Source: an uncultured Candidatus Saccharibacteria bacterium
Lineage (GTDB): Bacteria > Patescibacteriota > Doudnabacteria > UBA920
Direction: 5' to 3'
NCBI GenBank assembly: GCA_964505635.1
Contig: CAZDIP010000003.1
Coordinates: forward strand, 79,313 to 143,312
DNA length: 64,000 nucleotides
Below are positions 19,212 to 28,832 of this stretch, one piece after another. Numbering within the stretch: position 1 is the stretch's first letter; the number at the start of each line of letters is the position of its first letter. Under the pieces are notes generated by a model that was not told the DNA's origin, searched no databases, and was given only the letters and a program-made list of their open reading frames with translations. The translations under genes and the position numbers were made by a program.

Positions 19212-19502
19212 TTACAATAAATTCTGATACAAATCTTTCCACCCGGGATTTATTGTGCGAATTAAATCTTCTTTCTTTTTTCTGCTCCAGCCCTTTACTT
19301 GCTTTTCTCTAGCCAAAGCGGCATCGAAACAATCCGATACTCCATAATAAACCAACTTATGACAACCATATTTTAAAGTAAACCCTTTAACTACTCCATT
19401 TTTATGTTCCCATACTCGCTTGACTAAATTGCTTGTAAATCCTGTATACAAAGTACCACTATTGCTGGCCATTATATAAACTGCGTAAATAGCTTCTTCC
19501 AT
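19212..19502 (-). CDS. GIY-YIG nuclease-domain protein (YhbQ-like)
   Basis: AVYIMASNSGTLYTGFTSNLVKRVWEHK. Confidence 0.8.
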   Translation of the reverse strand: MEEAIYAVYIMASNSGTLYTGFTSNLVKRVWEHKNGVVKGFTLKYGCHKLVYYGVSDCFDAALAREKQVKGWSRKKKEDLIRTINPGWKDLYQNLL

Positions 19503-19513
19503 GACATTAGCTT

Positions 19514-19599
19514 AACCATTCCGACCCCGAAGGCTCCAGCGAGGGGAAGGAATCCCTTTATTTAAGAATAAGAGATCCTTCGCTACGCTCTGGATGGTT
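19514..19599 (-). repeat. R1 leader repeat, copy C. Starts 12 nt upstream of the GIY-YIG ATG.
   Basis: AACCATTCCGACCCCGAAGG...GGAATCCCTTTA...AGAGATCCTTCGCTACGCTCTGGATGGTT. Confidence 0.6.
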
Positions 19600-19632
19600 A
19601 TTTTACTTAATAGGCGGCGGGAAACCGCCGCC

Positions 19633-19665
19633 TTGCTTGATACTTACTACCTACTACTTGCTACT
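19633..19665. repeat. R3 direct repeat, copy 2
   Basis: gccttgcttgaTACTTACTACCTACTACTTGCTACT, preceded by the hairpin GGCGGCGGGAAACCGCCGCC. Confidence 0.7.
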
Positions 19666-19736
19666 AAAATAAACCTCTCTGCCTCGGATGCACTCGACAT
19701 CTCTCCCAAAAGGAGAGAAATATATTGTGCTTCGCT

Positions 19737-22415
19737 CTATCCACATTTGCTGTACCCGCAATGCTCGCACTTCATGCAGCCTTCGGCAAAAACCATCATA
19801 TTGGCGCAAGTGGGGCAAACCGGCGCGTTGCCCAAATTAGCAATACTAACTCTCTGGGTTTTTTGGGTAATAGTCGCGCCGTTTAATGACACTTCTTTTT
19901 TAGACAAAGTCTCCACAACTTTTTCCTGCACCTCTACAACCTCCTCTGTCTTTACCGGAAAAACTTTTTGCGAAGGGTCATGCGCCGGCCTTGCGTCCGG
20001 TAAATTCAGCTGCTGCTGTCCCCTTTTTATGTGCTTTTCCAAAATTTTGGCTATAGCATCCGGCAAGCTAAACACCATGCCTTCCTGTGAAAATGACACA
20101 TCCGGGCCGCGAATACCCTTTAGCTGGTCAATAATTTCCTCTATGGCAATATTAGATCGGAGCGAAAGAGAAATAAGCCGGGTTATGGCTTCGGTCTGGG
20201 CTGAAAAGAATCCGCCGGCTTTGCCCATTTGGGCAAAGACTTCAAACGCGCCGTGCTGGTCTTCATTAATGGTTACGTACAAATTGCCGTAGGGGGTGTT
20301 GATTTTATATGTAATACCCATCATTACATCCGGCCTTTGTCTTGGCGCTATTTTGATTTGCACATTACCCCCGCTTACTGACATAACTTCCTGAACTCTG
20401 TTTTCCTTGGAAGATGATGTTCCTTTTTTACTTTCCACCTGCTCAGCCGCGTCCTTGCCTAACTTTTTATGGTCAGTGGCCAAAATTTGTTCGTCACGGC
20501 TGCCGTCTCGGTATATGGTTCCCCCTTTGCAGCCCAAGTCGTACATTAAAGTATAAAGCTGCTTAGTCTGTTCAATGGTATATTCCGAAGGCGCGTTCAC
20601 AGTTTTGGAAATCGCCGAGTCTGTCCAGCGCTGGACAGCAGCCTGCACTCTTACATGCTCTTCCGGGGTCAAGCTCATGGCAGTGGCAAAATAATCCGGC
20701 AATTCCTTTTCACCGGGGTGCTTGTCCAGCCAGTCCTGAGCCAATTTTATTTTTTCCTCGTGCACGCCAAGGCGGGACTTTCTAAAATACGTCCAGGAGA
20801 AAAACGGCTCTATCCCCGTGCTGGTGCCGACCATGGTTCCTACCGTGCCGGTCGGCGCCTGAGTCATAATTGTCACGTTTCTTATACCGTGTTGCCTTAC
20901 CAGCTGCCTTATATATTCGGGCATGCTCTTCATAAACCCGCTTTGTAAAAATTTTTCGGAATCAAACTTTTCAAACGCTCCCTTTTCCCTGGCCAGTTCA
21001 ACCGAAGTTTCGTAAGCCGTAATGGCAATAAACTGGTATAGTTTGTCTATAAACTCCACGGCTTCTGTACTGCCGTATCTTAAACCTTTATAAATAAGCA
21101 TCTCTGCCAAACCAATAGTACCCATTCCGACGCGCCTTTCCGAAAGCTGCTGTTTTTTATTTTCTTCAAAAAAGTAAGGGGTGGCGTCTATGACATTGTC
21201 CTGGAACCTGACAGCCTGGGAGACTGTGGTTTTTAATTCATCCCACAAAACTTCCCCGCTCTCTTTATTTATATGTTTCGCCAAATTAACATGCCCTAAA
21301 TTACATACGCCCCAGGCCGGCAAAGGCTGCTCGCCGCAAGGGTTAGTACAAGGCAAAGAAGCATAATACCAGGAGTTGGAATAATAATTCGCTCGGTCAA
21401 TAAAATACATGCCGGGCTCAGCGGAAGACCAGGCTGACTCTATAATATTAGTCCAAATATCCTGCGCTCTTACGGTTTTATGCTTAACCACCTTGCCGCC
21501 CAGAGCTTTCCACCTTCGGATATCACCCTGGCAATCCTGCCAGTGGCTGTCATACAAAGGGTCGGAAGTGTCGGGAAAAACCAAGTCCCAGGGCTTGTCA
21601 TTTTTAACCGCCTCCATAAAATCGTCGGTAATGCCCACTGAGATATTGGCGTTTTCAATCTTGCCCGCTTCCTTTTTCGCATTAATAAAATCCAGGACGT
21701 CCGGGTGCCAAACATTTAAAATAAGCATTAAAGCGCCTCTGCGGCTGCCGCCCTGCTCAATAAGCCCGGTTACAAAACTGTATAAGGAAGCCCAGGACAC
21801 AGCACCGCTTGAGCGGCCGTTAACGCCTTTCACATAGGAATATTTGGGGCGCAAAGTTGAAACATTCAGACCGTTGCCCCCGCCACGCGAAAAAATTTCC
21901 GCCATATCGGACAAGGCTTTAAAAATTCCTCCCCGGCTGTCTTTAGGACAAGGCAATACATAGCAATTATAAAAAGTTAAATTCTGCCCCGTACCCGCGC
22001 CGGTGAAAATTCTGCCGGCCGGCACGTAACGAAAATCGTCCATTAATTGCCTAAACTTAACTTCCCATTCTTTCTTTTTTTCTTCAGTTTTTTCCACCGA
22101 GGAAATATGCCTGGCAATCCTTTCAAACATTTGCTCTGGTACTGTTTCCAGCGGTTTGTCTATATGCTCAATTGCCCTGTGCTCCAACTGGCCGTCGCGC
22201 ATGCGCACGTCAACTTCTTTTTTTTCAAAGTCCAAATTTTCTATGACGCCGATTTCCCGCTGGCCGGTTTTGGGATTAACTAAAACAACAGCCAAATCTC
22301 CCACCGCCAATGTGGTGCGCTTAACATCCTTTACCGCGTACCTGTCTAAAAAAATTTTTTCGCCCAATTCTGAAAGGGCATTTTTTGTCCTGGTTTGCAG
22401 ATTTTCTCTTTGCAT
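19737..22415 (-). CDS. nrdJ: class II adenosylcobalamin-dependent ribonucleotide reductase
   Basis: 892 aa. No ATP cone. Class II N-terminal region (FERIARHIS...W...F). C-terminal CPTC...CEHCGYSKCG zinc ribbon. Confidence 0.9.
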   Translation of the reverse strand: MQRENLQTRTKNALSELGEKIFLDRYAVKDVKRTTLAVGDLAVVLVNPKTGQREIGVIENLDFEKKEVDVRMRDGQLEHRAIEHIDKPLETVPEQMFERIARHISSVEKTEEKKKEWEVKFRQLMDDFRYVPAGRIFTGAGTGQNLTFYNCYVLPCPKDSRGGIFKALSDMAEIFSRGGGNGLNVSTLRPKYSYVKGVNGRSSGAVSWASLYSFVTGLIEQGGSRRGALMLILNVWHPDVLDFINAKKEAGKIENANISVGITDDFMEAVKNDKPWDLVFPDTSDPLYDSHWQDCQGDIRRWKALGGKVVKHKTVRAQDIWTNIIESAWSSAEPGMYFIDRANYYSNSWYYASLPCTNPCGEQPLPAWGVCNLGHVNLAKHINKESGEVLWDELKTTVSQAVRFQDNVIDATPYFFEENKKQQLSERRVGMGTIGLAEMLIYKGLRYGSTEAVEFIDKLYQFIAITAYETSVELAREKGAFEKFDSEKFLQSGFMKSMPEYIRQLVRQHGIRNVTIMTQAPTGTVGTMVGTSTGIEPFFSWTYFRKSRLGVHEEKIKLAQDWLDKHPGEKELPDYFATAMSLTPEEHVRVQAAVQRWTDSAISKTVNAPSEYTIEQTKQLYTLMYDLGCKGGTIYRDGSRDEQILATDHKKLGKDAAEQVESKKGTSSSKENRVQEVMSVSGGNVQIKIAPRQRPDVMMGITYKINTPYGNLYVTINEDQHGAFEVFAQMGKAGGFFSAQTEAITRLISLSLRSNIAIEEIIDQLKGIRGPDVSFSQEGMVFSLPDAIAKILEKHIKRGQQQLNLPDARPAHDPSQKVFPVKTEEVVEVQEKVVETLSKKEVSLNGATITQKTQRVSIANLGNAPVCPTCANMMVFAEGCMKCEHCGYSKCG

Positions 22416-22474
22416 AGTAATCTTTTTTCCATCCGGCTGGGTTTTAGTTCCCGGATAATTAATAGTTTTGTTTT

Positions 22475-22921
22475 TTACAATTTTTTTAATTCTTCTTTAA
22501 ATTCTTCCACGTCTTCAAATTGCCTATAAACCGAAGCGAACCGGATATAAGCAACCTTGTCCACTCTCTTTGTTTTTTTCATGACAATTTCGCCTATGGT
22601 TTCAGATTTAATTTCGCCGTCCTTAGCTTGTTTTTGAATTTCTATTTCAATTCCGGAAACCAGTTTTTTTAAAGTATCTTCACTGACCGGGCGTTTTTCA
22701 AATGCTCTTTTTATTCCGCCTTCCATTTTTTCTTTACTAAACAATTCTTTACGGCCGTTCTTTTTTATTACAGTTAATCCTAAAATCTCAATTTCTTCAT
22801 AGGTGCTAAACCGAAACTCGCATTTTTCGCATTGCCTGCGCCTGCGTATGGCGCTCCCTTCTTCCACGGGCCTGCTGTCTAAAACTTTGGTATCTTCATT
22901 TTGGCAGTTTGGGCATTTCAT
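22475..22921 (-). CDS. nrdR: transcriptional repressor NrdR
   Basis: MKCPNCQNEDTKVLDSR zinc ribbon plus an ATP-cone. Confidence 0.92.
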   Translation of the reverse strand: MKCPNCQNEDTKVLDSRPVEEGSAIRRRRQCEKCEFRFSTYEEIEILGLTVIKKNGRKELFSKEKMEGGIKRAFEKRPVSEDTLKKLVSGIEIEIQKQAKDGEIKSETIGEIVMKKTKRVDKVAYIRFASVYRQFEDVEEFKEELKKL

Positions 22922-23050
22922 TGTATTTTATATTTTTCTATATATAGGTGCTCGCTTAACCATTGTACTACCACGAATAGTATTAAGTCAAAAATTAAAA
23001 AAAGCCCTAAAATCTTAAAAGTTGCAGCAACCCTGTCCGACATATCCACA

Positions 23051-23080
23051 AAAAACAGCCTTAAGTTTTAAGGCTGTTTT
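23051..23080. terminator. bidirectional terminator after the methyltransferase gene
   Basis: AAAAACAGCCTTAAG-TTTT-AAGGCTGTTTT. Confidence 0.7.
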
Positions 23081-23099
23081 AGCAAAATAGATAGCCTGT

Positions 23100-23792
23100 T
23101 TATGATGCGGGGCTAAACTCAAAAATTCTATAAACTTCATACCCCGGGTTTAGCTCTGCCCTAACCTTGCTATTAAGCCCGGATTTTTTTGCCAGCTCAG
23201 CGAAAAAATTTATTGAATTACCCACTGAAAGCTCACAGGCAGTAGAATTTGCCATATATGCTTTTCCTTCAGGATTCAAATGCGCCCTAAGCCCGGAAAT
23301 AAACCTTTTTGTAACCAGCATTTCGGGACTGTCGGCAATTGCGGCTTCAAGCCGGGTTTCAGGCCATGCCGGCAACAAAGGAGGATTGGCCATAATTAAG
23401 TCAAACTTTTCTGTATCCTTAACCGCTTGCCATACATCGCCCTGGCGGAACTCACAATTGTTGAATCCCAAATTCCTGGCATTTATTTTAGCGCAGTCTA
23501 TTGCTTTTTCTGAAAAATCAATTCCCAGCGCCCGGCAGCCTTGCTTTGCGGCTAACAAACTTAATACCCCGCTTCCGGTAAACATATCCAGGCAAGTACG
23601 GTTATTTTGAAATTCCCCTTCAATGCTCTCCGCTAAAAAACTGGTAACCTTAGTATAATTGGGGTTAAAAACTTCGGGATTAATAATTAGCTCTAAACCC
23701 CGAAAGTTTATGCGGTAAGGTGTTTTGTGCTCCTTGTGCTTATTTAGCAAGGAGAGGGCTGGCTCAATGTTAAAGTTTGTGTCTTTCATCAA
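23100..23792 (-). CDS. class I SAM-dependent methyltransferase (HemK/PrmC-like, NPPY-type motif)
   Basis: DMFTGSGVLSL (motif I) and IMANPPL (motif IV). Confidence 0.7.
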   Translation of the reverse strand: MMKDTNFNIEPALSLLNKHKEHKTPYRINFRGLELIINPEVFNPNYTKVTSFLAESIEGEFQNNRTCLDMFTGSGVLSLLAAKQGCRALGIDFSEKAIDCAKINARNLGFNNCEFRQGDVWQAVKDTEKFDLIMANPPLLPAWPETRLEAAIADSPEMLVTKRFISGLRAHLNPEGKAYMANSTACELSVGNSINFFAELAKKSGLNSKVRAELNPGYEVYRIFEFSPAS

Positions 23793-23980
23793 ATAAAAAT
23801 CATTTTATATTTGTTAAATTATATAAATATTTTTTGTATTAGTCCATTAAAAATTTATCAACCTCTTTTCCCCTAAGGCTCAGGGCTTTTTAAAGTGAAC
23901 TAATCTGGTAAAACAAAAACTCCCGGGGGCACAGCCGGGAGTTTTAGAGTAATATTTATCTTTCCAATTTTTTACAAAAA

Positions 23981-24445
23981 CTATTGAACCAATATTGAGT
24001 AAAGCGCCTGCAAAACCCCTTGAGTTTCCAGCGCGCTTTTTTGCACCATGCCAACGTAGTCATAAGCGCCTGCCACAACTGGCTGGTTATTCATAAAAGC
24101 AAGCTGTTCAGATGAAATCTGAGGCAGCTCCTCTATCCCAGCCATGGCGTAAAGGCCGCTCTTGGCATTGCTGCCTATCCAGGCTAAATTTTCTCCGGCC
24201 AACGCGTAGTCATAAGACACTGAGTCTATAACATAAGCGTATAAAAAGTTACTGTAAGAATTGGCGGCGTGGTCTATAAACCCAACTACATTCTGCGGAT
24301 CAAACGGACTGGGCATGGCCACTTCCGTGCGTTCAAAGCTGGCGTCGGTATAAGCCGCTCCGAATAAAAAAGCCAAAGACAGCAAAGCGGCTCCTAAAAG
24401 CGACATAACTTTGCCGGTAGATTCCTGAGTCATTGCGTGAGTCAT
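23981..24445 (-). CDS. hypothetical secreted protein
   Basis: Signal-peptide-like MSLLGAALLSLAFLFGAAYT. The true start may be M14. Confidence 0.5.
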   Translation of the reverse strand: MTHAMTQESTGKVMSLLGAALLSLAFLFGAAYTDASFERTEVAMPSPFDPQNVVGFIDHAANSYSNFLYAYVIDSVSYDYALAGENLAWIGSNAKSGLYAMAGIEELPQISSEQLAFMNNQPVVAGAYDYVGMVQKSALETQGVLQALYSILVQ

Positions 24446-24770
24446 TGCACATTAACCTTTAAACAACAACTCCTTAACAAAAAGAAGTATTCGCGCGAGG
24501 ATTACTCCTTTGCACGCAAAGAGTTTGTTGTTTATATTAATTTTTATTTTTGTTTTGGGTTGCTTTTTACAACCTTTTTTTGTTTCTTTTCGCTTGTATT
24601 TCTATCCTTTTTTGGATAATCGACCCTGAAATACTTAAACTATATATATTATAGCACAACTAACAAAAAATTGCAAGCTTTTTTATTCAACTAATTATTA
24701 ACTCTGCCCGTTGGCCAATGCTAATTCTAACCGCATTAAAAATTCTCTTTTACTGAACATTCTACATTAT

Positions 24771-25679
24771 TTATTTTGTAAAAGTTGCAAAAAAATAACT
24801 GGTAATGTCTTTGGAATCCAAGTTGCCGCTCATGTGGGCAGAATTGGTATTAATAAATTCAATTTTACTCGCGCCGTGTAATCTTAAATAAGCAAACAGC
24901 ACCGCCAAAGACTGCGGACTGTCGGCTTCAATGTTTTGAAGATTTTCCAGATCCAAGTTTTTTAAAATATGCGTGCTGTTTAAATCGTGCTTTAAGGTTG
25001 CTTTTAAATCCTGGTGGTGGGAAAAATCCACACTGGCCAAAACCAAACTTTCCGGGGGCAGATTATTGTAAAGCCACTCCCCTATTTTTTCCATTGATTG
25101 TGTTTTTAAATTGCGTTTTAAAATAATTGGCACAATTTGGCTGTTTGGAAAAATATTTTTTATAAAACCGGTTAAGACCGAAATCGAATGTTCGGTCTCA
25201 AACGGCTGTTCCTGATTTTGCGCCAAACCATCAGTCTGTATTTTTTTTAAAATTGTTAAATTCGGTTCAAGCAAACCCCACGGTGTTTGGTAGGGCCAGT
25301 AGGAAACCAAAGCCGGTCCACTGCCGGCGTTAAAATGATTCGGCCCGACAATGACAATATTTTTATACTCCTGGTTTCTCAAAGCAAGCAGCATTTGGGA
25401 AATTTCTTTTTCTGCAAAAAAATGGTGCGACACAATAACTCCATAAACTTTCTTTTCAACAGGCCTTACGTTGTCTTTTGCAGTCAGGTTGGTATAAAGC
25501 TCTGCCTGACTATAAGAAGAAAAGTGTTTCTGGACATAAGTTTGACTAACAACGTTTTTGGTCGTTGGAGAAGCTTCCGGCGAAACCAAAGGCCGCAGCA
25601 AAATTATTGCTGCGGCAAAAACTATCAAACCTAGAATTAGTAAATATTTTTTCACTACCTTAATACCACTCCTCCCCAC
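24771..25679 (-). CDS. AmmeMemoRadiSam system protein B (MEMO1-like)
   Basis: VIVSHHF...IVGPNH...VDFSHH. No AMMECR1 or radical-SAM partner lies in the window. Confidence 0.75.
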   Translation of the reverse strand: MGRSGIKVVKKYLLILGLIVFAAAIILLRPLVSPEASPTTKNVVSQTYVQKHFSSYSQAELYTNLTAKDNVRPVEKKVYGVIVSHHFFAEKEISQMLLALRNQEYKNIVIVGPNHFNAGSGPALVSYWPYQTPWGLLEPNLTILKKIQTDGLAQNQEQPFETEHSISVLTGFIKNIFPNSQIVPIILKRNLKTQSMEKIGEWLYNNLPPESLVLASVDFSHHQDLKATLKHDLNSTHILKNLDLENLQNIEADSPQSLAVLFAYLRLHGASKIEFINTNSAHMSGNLDSKDITSYFFATFTK

Positions 25680-27334
25680 TCTACCAATACAAACCCGTGC
25701 CTTGTTTGCGGCTGGGGCAAAATTTGCGGATATACTACCTGCCTTTCGCTTAAACCTTTAGCTGTCATAAGAACGCGAATAAAACTGTCAGGTATTTCTC
25801 CCTCAAATTTTAACGGCGCGATTTCATTAAATTGCTCTTGCTTTAAAAAGCTCAAGCGATAAAAAGGACGTTCGGTTAACCGGTTAGTCCAATATTCCAT
25901 AAAGTCTTCCTGTTCCCTGCCTAAAAGACCCAATTTAGGCAACATGTCCTGCAAAAATTGCTTAACGTCTTTTTGCTCCACCACCCAGCCTTCTTCTCCC
26001 AGCGGGTAATTTAACCCAACCCCTTCCCAAAACAGATATGGGTAAAATTGGTTAGTTTGTTTTTCCAAAATTCTGCCGTCCGGATACGCGGTTACTTTCC
26101 AGCCTTGGTTATAAGGCGGATTAGTGTAAGTAAAACCTCCGTTTGGGAAAACTTTAACCGTTAAGTCGGTCGGCTTAGTAGGATACAGATAAATTACCGG
26201 CTTGCACATTTCCGCCGCGGGAATAAAACGTTGGTTTTTAAATTCAATCCAGCGCCCTAACGGGTCTTTCCAGTAAAGCAGGGGCTTGTAAGATAAAAAT
26301 TCCTGATAGGAATATTTACTCAAACCGTTTTTTTGATAGTTTTCGGAATAATAGGCTACGGTATTTTCATCTTCATATAAAGCTTTCAAACTTGGGTCAT
26401 TCGAATTAAGCAGTTCAAATATTTCTTCCGCGTTAGCCGTTTTACCAACTGCCTTTAACCTTTCTTGAGGCTTTAATTCACTATCAGACACGGCTAAATA
26501 ATAACATAAAGCGCCGCAGCCAGTTATACGATTAAACACGTAAGTTTCGGAGTTTTTCTGGCCGCTACTAAAAGTAAAGTCAATCTGCCCGTTTTCTCTA
26601 TTAACAAAAGGAATAATCAGATCATAAGATAAAGCTGTTTGGTCGGGCAATTTAACCATAATACAACCGTTATCCATTAAATACACGCCGCCTAAAGTCG
26701 GGTGGTCGAACAGCTTTACTACGATTTTTAAATTGGCAAAAAGTTCAGCCCGGCTATACACCACCTTTTTAAATTTATAATCCGAATTAGGCAGGCTAAT
26801 TTCTTCCGGTGCATCATCTAGTCCCTTAAACTTATAAATAATTTTTGACTCGTAAGCAGAAAAGTCTGGTCCAAGCTCAGACTGAGAAATTAGCGGATGG
26901 TAATGTAAAATCGTGCCCAGGCCAGGCTCTAATTCCAAAACCAATTCCTTGCCCGTATATTCGCCGCTTAAAAGTTTCCCTACCACTATGCAGTCTGTAA
27001 AGTTTTTATCACTGCAGGTACGGTCTTTTGGCTTTGTATACCATTCTACAGTCAACCACACTTCCGGTTTTTGCGTGCCACTGTCTATAAGCTCCGGACT
27101 GGGGGTAGGTACAGGCAGCTGCTCATTGCCAGAAGAAATGTCAGGTAAATTTTTAGGCGGCATAGGCACAACAGCATAGCGTCCTCTTGCCCACCAACCC
27201 AAAAAAACTAAAATTAATACCAAACCAATTACGCCCAAAAGCTTAACCGGCAAGGCCCAATGTTTTTTTGAAACATTTGTTGGCTCAAGCGGCACAGGAT
27301 TTTGATTCGATGATTCTGGAATATTTGTGTCCAT
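25655..27334 (-). CDS. hypothetical membrane-anchored protein (559 aa)
   Basis: N-terminal TM (LLGVIGLVLILVFLGWW) followed by a large extracytoplasmic domain. No recognisable family. Confidence 0.55.
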   Translation of the reverse strand: MDTNIPESSNQNPVPLEPTNVSKKHWALPVKLLGVIGLVLILVFLGWWARGRYAVVPMPPKNLPDISSGNEQLPVPTPSPELIDSGTQKPEVWLTVEWYTKPKDRTCSDKNFTDCIVVGKLLSGEYTGKELVLELEPGLGTILHYHPLISQSELGPDFSAYESKIIYKFKGLDDAPEEISLPNSDYKFKKVVYSRAELFANLKIVVKLFDHPTLGGVYLMDNGCIMVKLPDQTALSYDLIIPFVNRENGQIDFTFSSGQKNSETYVFNRITGCGALCYYLAVSDSELKPQERLKAVGKTANAEEIFELLNSNDPSLKALYEDENTVAYYSENYQKNGLSKYSYQEFLSYKPLLYWKDPLGRWIEFKNQRFIPAAEMCKPVIYLYPTKPTDLTVKVFPNGGFTYTNPPYNQGWKVTAYPDGRILEKQTNQFYPYLFWEGVGLNYPLGEEGWVVEQKDVKQFLQDMLPKLGLLGREQEDFMEYWTNRLTERPFYRLSFLKQEQFNEIAPLKFEGEIPDSFIRVLMTAKGLSERQVVYPQILPQPQTRHGFVLVEWGGVVLR

Positions 27335-27372
27335 ATTTTTTGTTTAATTATTTAGAGTATATAGCACAAAAA

Positions 27373-27398
27373 AAATTCCCGCAAAAGCGGAAATTTTT
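27373..27398. terminator. terminator after ftsZ
   Basis: AAAAAAATTCCCGC-AAAA-GCGGAAATTTTT. Confidence 0.65.
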
Positions 27399-27407
27399 GA
27401 AAAACGG

Positions 27408-28610
27408 CTATTTCATTTTCTTTCTTATAAATGCCGGAATGTCCAGTTCTTCGTCGCTGTTCTCTTCAGCCGGAATTTCTATGGGCGCTATAGGCTGAAC
27501 GGGTTTTGGATTAAACAAAGGCTTGCGTGCTTCCACGGGCGGAGAAGGCGGACTTTTCGGTTCGCTAAAAATGGATTTTTGGGTATCTTGGTGCATTAGA
27601 ATTTGTCCCGGCAAAGGCCGCTTGCTGGACTCGTCAAAACCCGTGGCAATAACCGTAATGCGAACTTCCTCGCCCATTTCTTCATCAATAACCGCGCCAA
27701 ACTTAACCTTGGCATCCGGATCAATACTCTTGGTAATAACTTTGGCGGCTTCATCTATTTCAAACATGCCTAAATCCCTGCCGCCGGTTATATTAAACAA
27801 CACGCCCTTGGCGCCGTCAATAGCCAATTCAAGCAAAGGCGAATTAATAGCCAGACGGGCAGCTTCCTGAGCCCGGTTGTCTCCGCTGGCCCGGCCAATA
27901 CCCATAAGCGCGGTGCCGGCGTCCTGCATAATGCTGCGTACATCGGCAAAGTCCGCGTTAACTATTCCGTGGGTAGTGATTAAATCGGAAATACCGGAAA
28001 TGCCCTGGCGCAAAACTTCGTCCACGGTTTTAAACGCTTCTATTAAAGAAGTTTTTTTGTCTATAATCTGCAATATGCGGTCGTTGTGGATGGAAATTAT
28101 GGCGTCAACTTTGTCTTTTAAATTATCGTAACCTATTTCAGCTACCTCTTTTCTCTTGCTGCCTTCAAAGGTAAACGGCTTGGTAACCACGGCCACGGTT
28201 AGAATATTTTTGTTCTTGGCCAGTTCGGCTACAATAGGAGCCGCGCCCGTGCCCGTGCCGCCGCCAAGGCCGCAGGTTATAAATACCATGTCCGCGTTGT
28301 CAATTACTTCTTCCAGCTCCTCCACGCTTTCTTCCGCCGCCTGCCTTCCTAATTCAGGATTCATGCCGCTGCCCAAACCCTTGGTGGTGGTTTTACCAAT
28401 GTGAACTTTTTTGTCTGCCTGGTTATTGTGCAAAGCCTGGGCGTCCGTGTTAATGGCTATAAACTCCACGCCGCGAATGCCCAAAGCAGCCATTCGGTTA
28501 ACCGCGTTGGTGCCCGAGCCGCCAATACCTAAAACTTTAATCCTCGCAAATGTCTCTAATTTTGGTTTAACTTCCATATAATTTTTTTTACCCCCGTTTG
28601 AATTTTTCAT
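27408..28610 (-). CDS. ftsZ: cell division protein FtsZ
   Basis: [25 protein letters not shown]. By alignment to other FtsZ the real start may be the internal M at 28577. Confidence 0.95.
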   Translation of the reverse strand: MKNSNGGKKNYMEVKPKLETFARIKVLGIGGSGTNAVNRMAALGIRGVEFIAINTDAQALHNNQADKKVHIGKTTTKGLGSGMNPELGRQAAEESVEELEEVIDNADMVFITCGLGGGTGTGAAPIVAELAKNKNILTVAVVTKPFTFEGSKRKEVAEIGYDNLKDKVDAIISIHNDRILQIIDKKTSLIEAFKTVDEVLRQGISGISDLITTHGIVNADFADVRSIMQDAGTALMGIGRASGDNRAQEAARLAINSPLLELAIDGAKGVLFNITGGRDLGMFEIDEAAKVITKSIDPDAKVKFGAVIDEEMGEEVRITVIATGFDESSKRPLPGQILMHQDTQKSIFSEPKSPPSPPVEARKPLFNPKPVQPIAPIEIPAEENSDEELDIPAFIRKKMK

Positions 28611-28731
28611 AAATACTTAGTAATAATCCTTTCTATGGCTTTTTGCCGGACAAAATTTTGATTTCCGAGATACTTGCCAGAACTAAAATTTTAAATTGCC
28701 TGAATTCTGCCATCTCATTTAACAAAACAAA

Positions 28732-28794
28732 AAGCCAGCTCTATAAGGTTTACTAACGGTCTTTAGCTTGGCTTTTTGTTTTTGATTTTATATT
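28732..28794. terminator. terminator-like hairpin after the giant gene
   Basis: AAGCCAGCT...AGCTTGGCTTTTTGTTTTT. Confidence 0.45.
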
Positions 28795-28832
28795 TATTTG
28801 ATTATAGCACAAAGGCCTTAAGATGCAAAAAA

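Noticed and set aside
22922-23050. NrdR box upstream of nrdR
   Set aside because: Only a weak match (CACCTATATATAG) to the 16-bp NrdR palindrome. Mentioned as a possibility only.
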